Assembly (NCBI GenBank): GCA_013115145.1
Contig: JAAPAO010000086.1
Coordinates: forward strand, 1-64,000
Source of the DNA: Perkinsus chesapeaki ATCC PRA-425
Lineage: Eukaryota; Protista; Perkinsozoa
Length of the DNA: 64,000 bases
Reading direction: 5' to 3'
The notes beneath the pieces were generated by a model. It did no database searches. It was given only the letters and a program-made list of their open reading frames with translations, and was not told the origin of the DNA. Each line of letters begins with the position of its first letter. Positions within the stretch are counted from its first letter, which is position 1. The position numbers and the translations under genes were made by a program. Below are positions 45,208 to 57,258 of this stretch, one piece after another.

Positions 45208-46200
45208 CCATACTGTGAGAGCATTTACTCAGAGACAAGTTGAGCGGAGTAGGCTCCCTAGACGGCAGCAAGTCTATTGAAGACGAGGTGGACAGAAAAC
45301 TGGTGAGAAAGCGGCCTGCCACCGCAGTTGGGGAGGTTATCTGCTGTCCTTGCTCACATACTCTTCGCCCGCTGTCCACTAAGTCTTTGTCTATCTCTGT
45401 CATTATTTTTTATACATAAGTTCATTCGTCGCTGCTTAGGAGAGGAGTTATTCAAAGCTCATTGGCAGCCGTATGATTCTCGTGTTGTCAACTGACTTGA
45501 AGTTCCTCAAGCTATTGAAGGACTCCGTGTTGCATACGAAGGATGTCTTTTTGGGTTTATGCCGCACGCCAATGGGTAAGCTGTATCACAGTCATGAGCT
45601 TCATCTACACCTCAGAATTTCTCCACGAAATAAATGATACTCGTAAGATCTACGACCTTCTGGTCCTCGACGTGGTCACTACCGGTATGCAAAAGGCGAC
45701 TGCGTTACTCGAGGGCGTCCGCGGCACCTCGCGATACGAGCAGGTTGGCAGAGAGAATCATGAGTTGCTCTCGAATTGCCTTTCATAGGTGCCCATAATC
45801 GCCCTGGTAAATGCCCGAAAAGAGTTTAGCTCCAATAGTGAAGAAGCGGCTCGTTCTAAGGACTCCGTGCCGTCCATCGTTGCTGACATATGTAAGGCCT
45901 CCAAGCGTGCCCTGGTAGCCCGACTCGTGCAATAGGTGCATATGCTATATTTAAACCACCTAATATCCGAGTCCTCCACGAAGCCGTCCTGTGGTGCTTA
46001 AGGCCTGTTGCCGATTGACTCCATTTTTTGGGATGTTAATCTTTGTTCTTCGAATTACCCTTTGGTGATTGCCGTACTGATGCTCTTGTTGTTGCGTCCC
46101 AAAGTTTGTATTCAAAACGGGGCCATTAGTGATGGCCCATGTCTAATAGTCCATGGCGTCATTATTGGACTGCTGCTACGCAGTAAACTCTTCTGCGGAG
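45197..46200 (-). CDS. Hypothetical protein, probably spliced
   Basis: Open segments DGFVEDSDIRWFKYSICTYC...LELNSFRAFTRAIMG and MTEIDKDLVD...; no motif recognised. Confidence 0.25.
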
Positions 46201-46804
46201 CACCACTTGTTATGTGTAGAGTAAATGAGCGAAGTGCAGGGAGAGTATGTGCCTGCTAAGTTGTGCATTGTGTATTTTACGCGAATGCGCCCCTGAGCGA
46301 GCGAGGTCCCTGATGGGAATTCTTCCCCAATAGAAAGCTGTGAAGGTGCGCCTTTGCAATAACTGAGGAGTTTGTGGTGTTTACTACGGGTTTACACACT
46401 GAGGCTCATCTCAGCTTGGAGAGTCGGAGGAAATCTGACTTTCATTTTTTCTTTATCGGGAAGAGCCTGGTTTGTGACACATAGTTGGCTGGGCCAACTT
46501 GGCTCTCTACGTAGATTGTAGTGAGCACGAGTCACTCACTGGGCCCGGCTTCGGTGTTGTCACTGGCAGCCTATAGGGAGATAATCCCAAACTTCAGAGG
46601 CTGTCTTGCCAAACAAGACATGCCGCCATCCGGCTGTCGGTCAACACCTTCGCCCTCTTCCCGCTCTCCCGAAAAGATAGCGATTTACCAATGACAAATC
46701 TCCAATCATTAACTCAGATGCCAGTCGGTTAATAGAAAATCGTTTAGTTCGGTCATGAGAGATAAGCGAGTATAATAAATATGAAAGGTAAATCAGAATT
46801 ATTA

Positions 46805-48611
46805 TTAGAAAGTACTTGTCAAATCGCCCGTTGCCTCAACGGACTTGCGAAAATATTGATGGGATGCCACTTTGGCCACGAGCTCTAAAGGATCACCCTT
46901 ATTGAGGAGTACCTGATGCACTGTGGCCCAAAGCGGAGGCGGGGATCCCCTTAGCAATGGTATCTTACAAGCTCGCCACAGTCTTGACCGCAGAGCTGTC
47001 CATTGATAAGAAACTCTTTCCCCATCATCTGTTGATGCCACTCAATCATCATTTTCATAACGGTAGTGGCAACTCCAAGACGATCCCCTATGGATACCAG
47101 TACCTAAGTCTGTGACTGATTGTGATGTCTGCAAGAATAGCCTACGCAGAGGCCCCAGCCGATGTCATCCACGACCACACGATGCTGAGGGTTTGGCGAC
47201 ACTCCCTAAAAGGCTGAGCATACTGTGTCAAGACGGACACAGCCTACCTCCGCAGTTTCGATAACGGGTGTCCGGGCTATCGAATACGCCTTGTTTGTCC
47301 CGACCATTTTAGCCAATGTGCTCTTGTCCTCGATTTGATCACCATACTGCAACAGCAGCCTATCCCTCAACCTTAGCACTCCTAGGCAAGACTCTCGGCC
47401 TGATAACCGCCGTTGTATGGCTCCGCCTCTCCCCCTTGCCTGTAGCTTTGAAGTATGCTGTCTTTATATCCTGTAGCTCTTCATCGAGGGCCTCTAGAAT
47501 CTGACCACTCAGCTCGTCCATTCCGCGGTATCTATCACGCCAATGCTTCTGAGGAGGTTTCTGCCAATTGCTCCCCTACAGCCACACTCGCGGCTTCGAT
47601 TCTCCTCGCAAAGGCTTACCTGGCAGCCATTTCCTGAAGAGGCCCCAATACCTGAGGAGTAGAGCTACCGCGCAGTCGGCCGCTGGGGGACCCTCACGTA
47701 GCTGGATGAATGATCTGATTAGCCGGGTTGAAAACTATTGGGCAGAAGTCTTCCAGAGCCTCGATAGTAGGCCCCGAGCGATCTGCGATGCTGTCCACAA
47801 GCCATGGCGAAATGTAGTTTTGTCACCGTAAGAGCGGACAAGGAAAAGCGGCTGGAGGTTGACTGGAATCCATTGTGGAGGGAGATTGATGAGCGCGCAC
47901 TCGATACCTGTCCAAGGCATCATCAACAAGCCTCTGTGGCATGTTACTAGATTTCGGGCCAACCACTTCGCACTCTCGACCAACACTGATAGTTCGACAC
48001 AACCAAGGGATGTTACGGAGAGCGAAGAATCTGCGAACGCCACCGACAAGTGAAAAGCCGATGTCACATCACTTGACATCTGGGCCGAAGACTCGCTGTG
48101 CTAAAACATGCACGAGGCCCTGGGCGAATATGGTACCGACGACTGTTCGGTCGATGTTAACGAATGGCTTGATGGCTTCAAAAATCTGCAAACTTTTTGC
48201 CCCTGTGAAGTCGGTGGATGCTCCAACCTCTTTTGTGGCGTTCACTGGTCCTGTCCAGAGAACTAAGTCAGAATTTGGCAGCACCTCATTCGGATCCGAT
48301 GAGACTTTATCGACCTTGCCTTCCTGGCAGGCTAAAAAGGCAAACTGAACCTGCGATATCTAGACTTAACGTACAGCCGTCTGGGAAGCGGACGACAGGA
48401 GTCGTGGTCCAAACCTCAGGCTTGGACGTGAGCAGTTGAACCCGGACCTGACGCACTCTAGAGAGACGTTCGATTCCCTTTGTCCCACTTGACCGCGAGT
48501 GTTGCCGTGGACTAGGGAGGCACAAATGTGGCCAGAGTTACCGCCGCCCACAATGGTGATGACTCGATATTGAGGGGTAACGTGTTTAGCGATGGACGAG
48601 GCTCTTTCCAT
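46805..48611 (-). CDS. NAD-dependent opine (octopine/nopaline family) dehydrogenase
   Basis: ITIVGGGNSGHICASL Rossmann motif; VSSDPNEVLPNSDLVLWTGPV; IFEAIKPF; YGDQIEDKSTLAKMVGTNKAY; NPQHRVVVDDIGWGLCV/LVSIGDRLGVAT..MIEWHQQMMGKEFL, all typical of octopine dehydrogenase domains. Confidence 0.85.
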
Positions 48612-48897
48612 GGCGGAGGATGTATACTGCCGTCGCGGCCTCCAGAATGAATTAAGGCAAACTAGATAACAAACGAAGATGGAGAAATGCACATGCTTTT
48701 TGGTTGGTTCTGTTGCCTTCATGAAACTGATTACTATTATCGAGTGGAAGTTAGTCTCCTTGATAGAAGAACTCAGCCAAGCTACTCGGAAAGGATTGAC
48801 GGCTATTATTAGGACGCCGCCGACTCTCATGGTGAAGCAGAGTAGGAGAGGGATATCTGAATGATTTATAAAGCTAGACGGCATAGAGTATCAAGGC

Positions 48898-51435
48898 TCA
48901 CCGCTGGCCTCCATCCGGATTCCGGAATTCATTGAGGTGATCCAAGGGAGAAGCCGCCACACAAGGTTCGCCAGTTCCTCGAGGAGTTCGTCTTGCTTCA
49001 CCTGATCGAGGTAGATACGATTCCAGAGAGTGGCAGTCCACCAGATTATCGAGTAGGTTTGAAACAGAAAGAACTACCAAACCTGCTTCCAATGTAGTCC
49101 AAGTGCATACTGAAACGAGCACATAAAAACGTGGTAATGAGCAAGTGCCGCGTTCACGCCCAGTGCACAGGTGAGAATAGTCTGCACAGTCGAGTTGGTA
49201 TCAGCTTTAGCAGCGGTCATCCAGCGAAGGCCCTACCAGCAGGAGGGGAGGAGCTGGTCAGAGACACCGGCTCCAATTTCGGATTGGTACTGGATACCGG
49301 TAACGACACGCGCGAATTAGTGTTGTTGGCCAAAAACGGTGACCTTGCTTCAGATACCTCTCGTACGACCTGCATCACTTAGAACGAGCAATAACAGTTG
49401 AAGCATTTAGCAACAGGGTCTTCTACAAAGGCAGTGCGAGTCCATCCTCTTCGTGACTGCTGCTTCCTCAGATCTTTTCCGTTTCCTCGGCGGTGGTTGG
49501 GACTCACTGTCCTCAGCGTCGAGATCAATGCATTCAACTTGAACCGGCTTGATGAGCGTCTTGCTCTCTCTTTGTCGATGTTCGCTAGCTTTAAACATGA
49601 CCTCCAAGGAACTCACTCGATGAACTGGTTGCCGACTGGCTGAGGAACTGCTAATTGACGAGCGTCGGCTTTTTGCAGCAGGCTGCTGCTTCTGAAGAGG
49701 TTATAATGAAGCAACCTCAGGGAGCCTGCCGTAACCCCACCTGCGTCCACTTTCCACAGCGGACATGCGCAGCCCGTACTGGTGGCAAAGGTCGATGGCG
49801 GAAGGGCATCTTGGTCTCTGGGTGAAGAAGGCCATCGGCTACTTGCTCGGCTTCTGGATTCGAATATAGTCTGAACGGGCAGTTTTGCCGCCCGAGCCAT
49901 CGACTCCGCGATGTTCATACCTTCCCCAGAACTGGCGAGTTTCGGTTGGATAATGGATAGTGTCGTCGAGATCTAGAAGGGGCCGAAGTTTGCGGGTTAG
50001 CGGGCACCACACAGTTTGGTGGCGAAATGTAAGGATAGCTCGCTCGAACATATCAGCGTATCCTTCTGGGAACTCGAAGCCGGCGATCTGTGCGAGGTTC
50101 ATTATACGGCTGATGTTCGGACCGCCACGCAGTACGAAGCCATACGCCTGAAGAGGGCGAACGTTCGGCGTGGGTGGAGATGTCGTAGTTGGAAATGTAA
50201 ATCCGCCGCCCGCGGTAGCTGTGAAGTCGCAGCGAAAGGCTTGTCTAGCCCAACCGGGAGAGCAGCAGGAGAACCGAAGCACCTTCTTCGGCCCCATGCC
50301 CGTCACAGAAGGGAGGTAGTCACAGCCGGCAAGGACGCAGTAGTGCAGGAAGGAATCTGTGTTAATAGATGATCTGCTCGATGGCTACGGACGTACCTCG
50401 ACTGAATCTGCAGACACCATCACCGACGTCATCGTTGGACGAAGCTTGGCTGTTTGGTGCTCCCTCCGGCAGCATTCGGCTCGGCAATGCTATCGAGACA
50501 CCCGAGCGGCATCCAGGGCGTGCACCTGAGTAGGACAGGCAGGGAGGGAAAGGAGAAGAAGGCTCACGGCCAGCGGACACAAGCAAGTCTAGTTTGTAGA
50601 CAACATGAGGACAACCGAATGGCAGAAGGTCAGAATCTTCGGAAATAACAGCATCAACGAGCCTGAGCAGTGGGAGCATATTTTTGGACGTCGCAGCGGT
50701 TCCTGGGAGGGGATCGCTCACCCATTCAAGGCCAGATACGCGAGCTGGGCATCGGCCTCGTAAGGGGCGACGATCCACCGGACTCTAGGGCCGAAATCTC
50801 GACCTGCGGCAAGACGGTCCTTGGAAATAGTGAGATGCTCAGGCGACTTCTGATTAGAGCAATGAGGTCGGCAGCCATCTCTGGCGAGACATCCGCTGCA
50901 CGCGTGAACATCTTCCTTGCAGCACCGTAGTTACCAGCTTTACGATACTCCAAACCAAGCTCCCGTGCCTAAACGAGGAACAGCAACGTGTTTGCTTCGA
51001 TGGATATGTCACGACCGAGCGGAAGACTTAAAGAGAAGTAGATGGAAAAGAGTAGAATGGTGGAGTTAGACAGGAGTGGGCAGCACTTCTTGCCGTCGCC
51101 TTCTACGGTCATCTTCCACTCCTAGCTTCGCAGGAAGTGGGCTCCCGTCAAATACCAGAATAACTTCAGCTACACCAGAGGCAAGGAGGGCCTCAAGTCG
51201 GCGTACACAGTAATTGAGGTGGAGGCTTGTAGCCTTTCCTGCTCCATAAATGACGATGATTGGAGCACTGGCTCCTACCGGTGACAACGTCCATGGCCGC
51301 ATTGCCCGCCTGCAGGCCTCTGTGTAGCCAGACGTACGTGTCCACTGCAACACGCTTGTCTCGATAATCAGATAGATCCTGAGAGATGGGCCGTTGCAGC
51401 TGCTCGAGAGTTTTAAGAAGGCCGTTGATTCCCAT
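48898..51435 (-). CDS. EXO1: Exonuclease 1 (XPG/RAD2 family)
   Basis: MGINGLL...VAVDTYVWLHRG; LVFDGSPLPAK; APYEADAQLAY; VISEDSDLLPFGC; AGCDYLPSVTGMGPKK; FRHQTVWCP. 3' boundary approximate. Confidence 0.9.
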
Positions 51436-51559
51436 AAAGCATGTAAGGCATTAATTGACTTCATTCGTACACAAAGCGACAGTTGTTGCATCGACAGACG
51501 GACTGTGTTTATTGGGATACTCACTGGTCGACGATCGATTGACCGTTGAAAGCAGTCGG

Positions 51560-53350
51560 GCAGCACATATCGCATAGGCAACAAAAGCTACTACTAATGA
51601 CACTACAAAAGCAGCAACAACAATAAAGGGGCATCACGGGTTTCGTATTGTGGCAGTTGTAATAAGAATAACCATTCGGGGATATATGGTAGTTCTTGAA
51701 TGAACGAAGAAGAAGAATAAGAACAAGAAAACGCAATCTCTATAGTAGCTTAGCATCAATAAGCAAAGTAGTTATGGCTCTAAATAAGACGACCACACAG
51801 TGGAATCGCAGCGCTGCTGCTGCTGCTGCATCATCATCATCCTTGCTTAATCACGTTTGGCATATGACAATAGTAGTGGGAAGAGGTAGCAGCGACAGTG
51901 GGTAAGGATTAACTGAGGTTGAAACTCAGCTATGGCCAACAAGCATCATCATCATTCATCAGCCATAATCATCTTACTGTTTTCATATTATCATGTAGCA
52001 GGAGGAGGAAGACGACGACGACGTAAGACACATAGATAAAAGAAGACAGCAATGGTCACAAAATGGTATTATCATCACCATATCTGGGACGCCGCCGCCG
52101 CGCAGTACTAGTAGCCGGGACCGCCGAAGTACACATTATAGAAAACAACAGAAATAAAGATTCTTCTTGTTTTGGCTGTTGTTGGTAGGAAAACACTTCA
52201 TGAAGCATCGAACGGTTAGCTCGTTCAATACCGCACGTTTGTTAAACTAGTACCAGACCAAGGTAGACAAAAGTATTAATGCAAAAAAGAGTTCTAAGAT
52301 GATGGCAACGTCTGATAAGATTCATGATCACATGATGAGCCTATCAAACACTATCCGTATACGATAATACCACTGACAGGGGATGAGGATAAGAATAGAA
52401 TGTCCTCGAACTGTAGGGTAAGAGGAGGGAAATGAAAAATGTTACAGGAACGATAATACGATGGTTCTGGTTCGGCATACTGTTACACGATTGAGGATGA
52501 CGATACGGAGGAGAAGGAGGACGCCTCTTGACGGGTGGGAGAGCAGCAGCCTGAGAAGATAAGGCGATCGCTGAAGGAGGGAAACAAGCAAAGCTAGTTA
52601 CCTTATGCGGGCTCTAGGCGCTGGGCTGCACAATCCCTACAGGTAGTGGCGGCTATGGTGGTGGTGGGGTAAGTTATTAAGGTAATCCGATTTTTCTGCT
52701 TATTTATTTCTATTACTATATGAATTACAGCGAACTGACTACTACCATCAGTAGCAGAGAACCGAGCGCGTAGTAGCAAACCGCAGTAACATAGTGTGTG
52801 GCGGCGGCTGATAAGACTACTGTCGCCATAGCACAGGAGCTGTAGTAAAGATACAGTAACCACTATAGAGGCTACAGTACTAGTAATAATGATAATCACT
52901 AACTGCTGCTGCTGCTGCTGTTTGGATGATGATGATGCTGATGCAGTTTAAGGTGAAATAACGGAGCATCGATGTCTATTAAGAATTATTATGATAGCTA
53001 GCATTCCAGCAGTAACCATCAGTCGACGATGGGGGATTCCACGGGGCAGCGGCTGACTCATGGTAGGAGTGATGATACTGCTTCTGCTGCTGCTGCTGAG
53101 CACGGTCTCTTATTTGATGATACTCTCGCGGAGCTGCTGCTGCTGCCTCGGCAGAGAGGTACGACCTGACAAATAGCAGAGCAGTACTGCGGCTGGAATA
53201 TGGAACAAGCCACAAGACTACTCATCATCGTCGTTCATGGATACTCCAAGTTGAGCATGAACACCAGAGGCACACCACTCGAAAGGCACCTGAATCGGAT
53301 GGCATACCGAGCTGAGACAATTAACAACAGCAACAACTCACCCGACGGTC
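51560..53350. repeat. Low-complexity, trinucleotide-repeat-rich tract
   Basis: (GCT)5 followed by (TCA)4 at about 51813-51840; (CTG)6 at 52903-52920; many short CAG, CAT, GAC and AAC runs. Confidence 0.8.
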
Positions 53351-56300
53351 ACCGGTATTGATTCTCCAGTTGATAGTATTCATCGCATCAACTGCCTCAT
53401 CCATCAAGTTGAAGGACACCACCCCCAACCTATGCCAAACATATTGACATACAGAATAGAAAGTAGACCTACTGGAGAGTTGGCACAGTACGTACCGACT
53501 TCAAGCGACCGAATTCCGAGAACACTGCGTAGAGCTCGTGATCCGTGGTGGCAGTGGGAATCTGGCAATCGTAATACACCACACCGTCAGCGATGACCTA
53601 CCCCAGTAACAATAAGGTCAGCGATACTAGCGGCGGGATCTGCGGGAAATTTACCGGTATCGCTGGGGGCAGCCTAAGAGTGACACATTCTCAAGATCTG
53701 GATAGTTTGATCTTCTTTGCTACACTCTGCTGCCTGCTGTAGGCAGCTTTATTCAGGAAGGCATAAGGCTCCGGAGGGCTGTCGGCCATGGGACGGACAG
53801 ATAGGCAACGACCACTACCTAAGTCAAGCAGCAGCAGAGAATGTGGGTATGGAACAAATGCTAACCTACTTCCGAAAGCGAAATTATCACAAGTCAATCG
53901 AGCACGCTCGGCATCTTGGGCAGAGTCGTACACCACAACGGCACACCCTTGCGGGAAAGACACAAGCCTCACCTGATGACCAACCGTGAAGTGCTGCCCG
54001 TACCGACACAATGCACCTACATCACGCATCGGACCAAACATCTTGAACATTTCGACGACATCCTGAAGAGCAAAGCTTGCAGGGAGACCAGAAATCAACA
54101 ACGTTCTCGAGGGACCTGTCAGCAACAGCAGCATCGTCACCGCGCCACGAAATTCCCCACCCTACCGTCCTCTGCCGAACCCGACTCGATGACATCCTCC
54201 AGGGGCCGGTGACGAGTTTGTTGCTGAGCCAAGTGATTGTATAGAGCATGAGTCTGAGCGAAGGACGGCGGCGGCGGCGGCGGTTGAACAATAATCAACG
54301 ACTAAGTTCGACAAACCTCCTCATTTCGGCCTCCCTCTCGGGCAGTTGGCACGACTGCACTTGCCGCGGCCCCTGTCATTCCCTTGGTGAAATTATAAGT
54401 CATATCCTATTGCAAGAGATATTAGTAATAGCAATAATGCTGGTATATTGTGTACATTGTCCATAGGAACCGAGAGTTGAGGTCCATTGGTGCCACGAGC
54501 CGAGATGGCCTGCTGCTGCTGCTGTCTGGCAGCAGTTGCTGTGGCCGCTGCCGTTGCAGCAGCTATTATCGATGCAAGGTTCTGAGTAAAAGAAAATGGA
54601 AGGTGAGCATATTGTATAGACACGTAATTAACAAGGTGATGCCCATAATGAAATCCTTCCCTTTCAATGGTATAGCATCCTGCTGCTGCTAACATTCAGC
54701 ACTGTGCCTTCGTTCGTACAACTAGCTTGAGTGGTAACATATGAACTATTAGTGGACGGAGGAGGATGATCTACGTAGTGCTGCAAGCCAGGTGGAATAT
54801 TCAACGCCCAAGAAATCGAGATCATCCCGAAGACGGGCATGATGATAATGTGAACTTTAATTTCCCTTGTATGTACGATTGATGTACGTATTTTTATTCG
54901 TAAAAATGAACAACCTATCCTGCCAGAAAGACGGTTTGGTTCACACTGCATAGGCGGACTACTGCCAAATGAGGAATGGCGGCATCGCGGCGGCGGCGAA
55001 GGAAGCCTTCCCATGGGTACCGCTTCCTCTATTCCACCAGAGCTCTTCATAGCTGCTACCGTAGCAGCAGCAACAGCAGCACTGATGGATGCCAAAGAAG
55101 CGTCATTCTTGCGAGGGGATTGAGATGCCGTTGTCGATGCCACAGGACCTAACAGTACCGTCGATAACAGCAGCAGCAGCTCACAGCGCTAGGCTTAGGT
55201 ACTAGGTAGCCCGGCAGCAGCTGCTGCTGCACCGCTGCTCTTAACTCCACCGTCCACAGAGCGCGAGATGAAATCTTTGCTGGACGCTTCTTCTTCTTTA
55301 CCGGCTCCAGCACTCCGGAACTTGGCTGAAGGATGCGGCGGTGCAACTGTTAGAATATAACCGAGCGAACAAGTGAAAGAGGACTTACCTTGTGGTTTGG
55401 GCCAGTCCAGTCTTAAGACCACATCACGGCCACGAATGGTGGCTGGGCTGCCGCTGCTGTACATTTTCATGAACTCTTGCTACAAAACAGGGCATCGGAA
55501 ATAACATGGTAAATGACTTACCGCTTGTTCAGGGGTTATGAACTCCACGAAGGCAGCCCCATCAGAATTGCCGTTCTTCCTCACAATCTTAACATCACAT
55601 ACAACATCGCCTTGAACCGGCCTAGGGCAACAACAAGTCCACATGGCGGCGGGGGGGGGAGGTGCAGCACAAGCTTACTGTATTAGTGATAGTAGGTCAT
55701 GCTCATCGACTTCCTTAGGAAGACCTCCGACGAAGACCTGAAGACAGTGAATCTTACAACCAGCAGAAGCAGCAGCTTGGCGCTTTACCCTCTTCTTTGG
55801 GGGAATGCCCAAGCCTGCGTCCTTGCCATCAGAGTGCTGCTGCTCATATTGCTGCTGCTGCTGGCTTTCATAATACATTGGAGGGGTGAAATGATGCGGC
55901 GAGGTAGCAAATTGGACCTGGTCAAAAGAAGATATCGAGCTGACAAATAAAGAGGCTGACAGAGGGAGTGCATTCCCTCCGAACCCTAGTGACATATTTT
56001 ATATCAAACTGCTGCCAACTATATCTTCGCACTAAGAGCATTTCCGAGCAGGCCGATTATCGGCCTTGCGAATTAATTGCCTCCTTCTACCTGCAATGGC
56101 CTCTTCATTGAGCCGAGCCAGTAATGGTTATGGAGGCCTCTAATACAGGCCTCGCATTCAGTAACACTTGCATAGCGGAGCCAAGCGCATCCTCTTGAAC
56201 GTCCAAGCTTATCACGCTGAACCTGTTCGCCATCAGCCACTGCACTGCCTCCACGGTGCAATGAGTATATTACCGATAGCTCCTTAATAGTGCCAAATTT

Positions 56301-56482
56301 GGCAAATAAAGGGTAGAGCTCTTGCTCAGTCATGAAGTAAGGGAGAGCCCCAACGAAGAGCTACAAATAAGAAGAACCGTGTCCTTCTTAAAGCGACTAT
56401 TCTTATTGCTTACTTTGCAATCATTGTTAACTCCCGTAGACGTAGTAGCAGTGGTGGTGGTCGTTGCTTGTCCATTGCTCAT
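52979..56482 (-). CDS. Multi-RRM RNA-binding protein (CELF/Bruno-like at the N-terminus), poly-Q/Ala-rich; may be two genes
   Basis: RRM1 KLFVGALPYFMTEQELYPLFAKFG..SRGCAWLRY; RRM2 QVFVGGLPKEVDEHDL..GAAFVEF; RRM3 TLLISGLP..MFKMFG..GCAVVVY; RRM4-like TDHELYAVFSEFGRL. Both ends uncertain. Confidence 0.65.
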
Positions 56483-57258
56483 CGACAAAGTAGGCGGAGG
56501 AAGCGCCTACCCGATAGAATAGGGAAACTAGGGTACTGTTCCCTTAGTACTGCTTCAAGATTGATAGTTTTCAAACTCGGATCATCTGCTAAATTGACTA
56601 TCGCCTTTCCAACTGGACGGCTCGTACCTACTAATACGGTAATACTGTGTTGCCTGAAGCTCCGGGGCTTGAAGAAGCCACTAGTCGTCATGACATTGGC
56701 GAAATACGCAGAGAAGGTGACAATGGACCTCCTCCATTGTAACTGTTTTTTCGGAATTTTAAAATTCATATTTCTCCCCAGCCCGATCGGATATCATCGT
56801 ACACCGCTAGAAAGTCACCCTCAAGAGCTTTCGAACGTCGCACGTGTCGTCGGAGTATTCGCCCTCATGTGATGAAAGTTGCCAGAAGGCACATTCTGTG
56901 GGTCACCCTCTAATACCTATTAGTCTCATACTTTTTACGTAGAGCGAGATGATACTGCTATTCCAGCTCCCACTCACTTTTGTCTGGAACATTGGCATAA
57001 CCGTCGCCTGCCACCTTATCAACAGAACCGGTGGCAGAACGATCGTTGGCAAGATCGCCGACACCTTTGGTAGTAACAGCCTCGTGGAGAGACTCACAAC
57101 TTTCAATGGGCATACTAATAATAATAGGCCCAAATCTGACCAAGTTAAAAAGCTATTAAAAACGGACTTAAAAGCAAGGCAGCGTATCCAGAAACGATAT
57201 AACGCTGGTCATGAAACCTCGTATGAAGTTGCTAATTGGCAGCAGCAGTAGTAAGATG

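Noticed and set aside
46805-47041. ORF resembling a glycerol-3-phosphate dehydrogenase C-terminus (VHQVLLNKGDPLEL)
   Set aside because: Explained as intron read-through plus the last exon of the opine dehydrogenase.
24545-51435. Genome-maintenance cluster (STN1, MMS19, EXO1)
   Set aside because: Spread over 27 kb, in different strand blocks and separated by unrelated genes; no evidence beyond chance.
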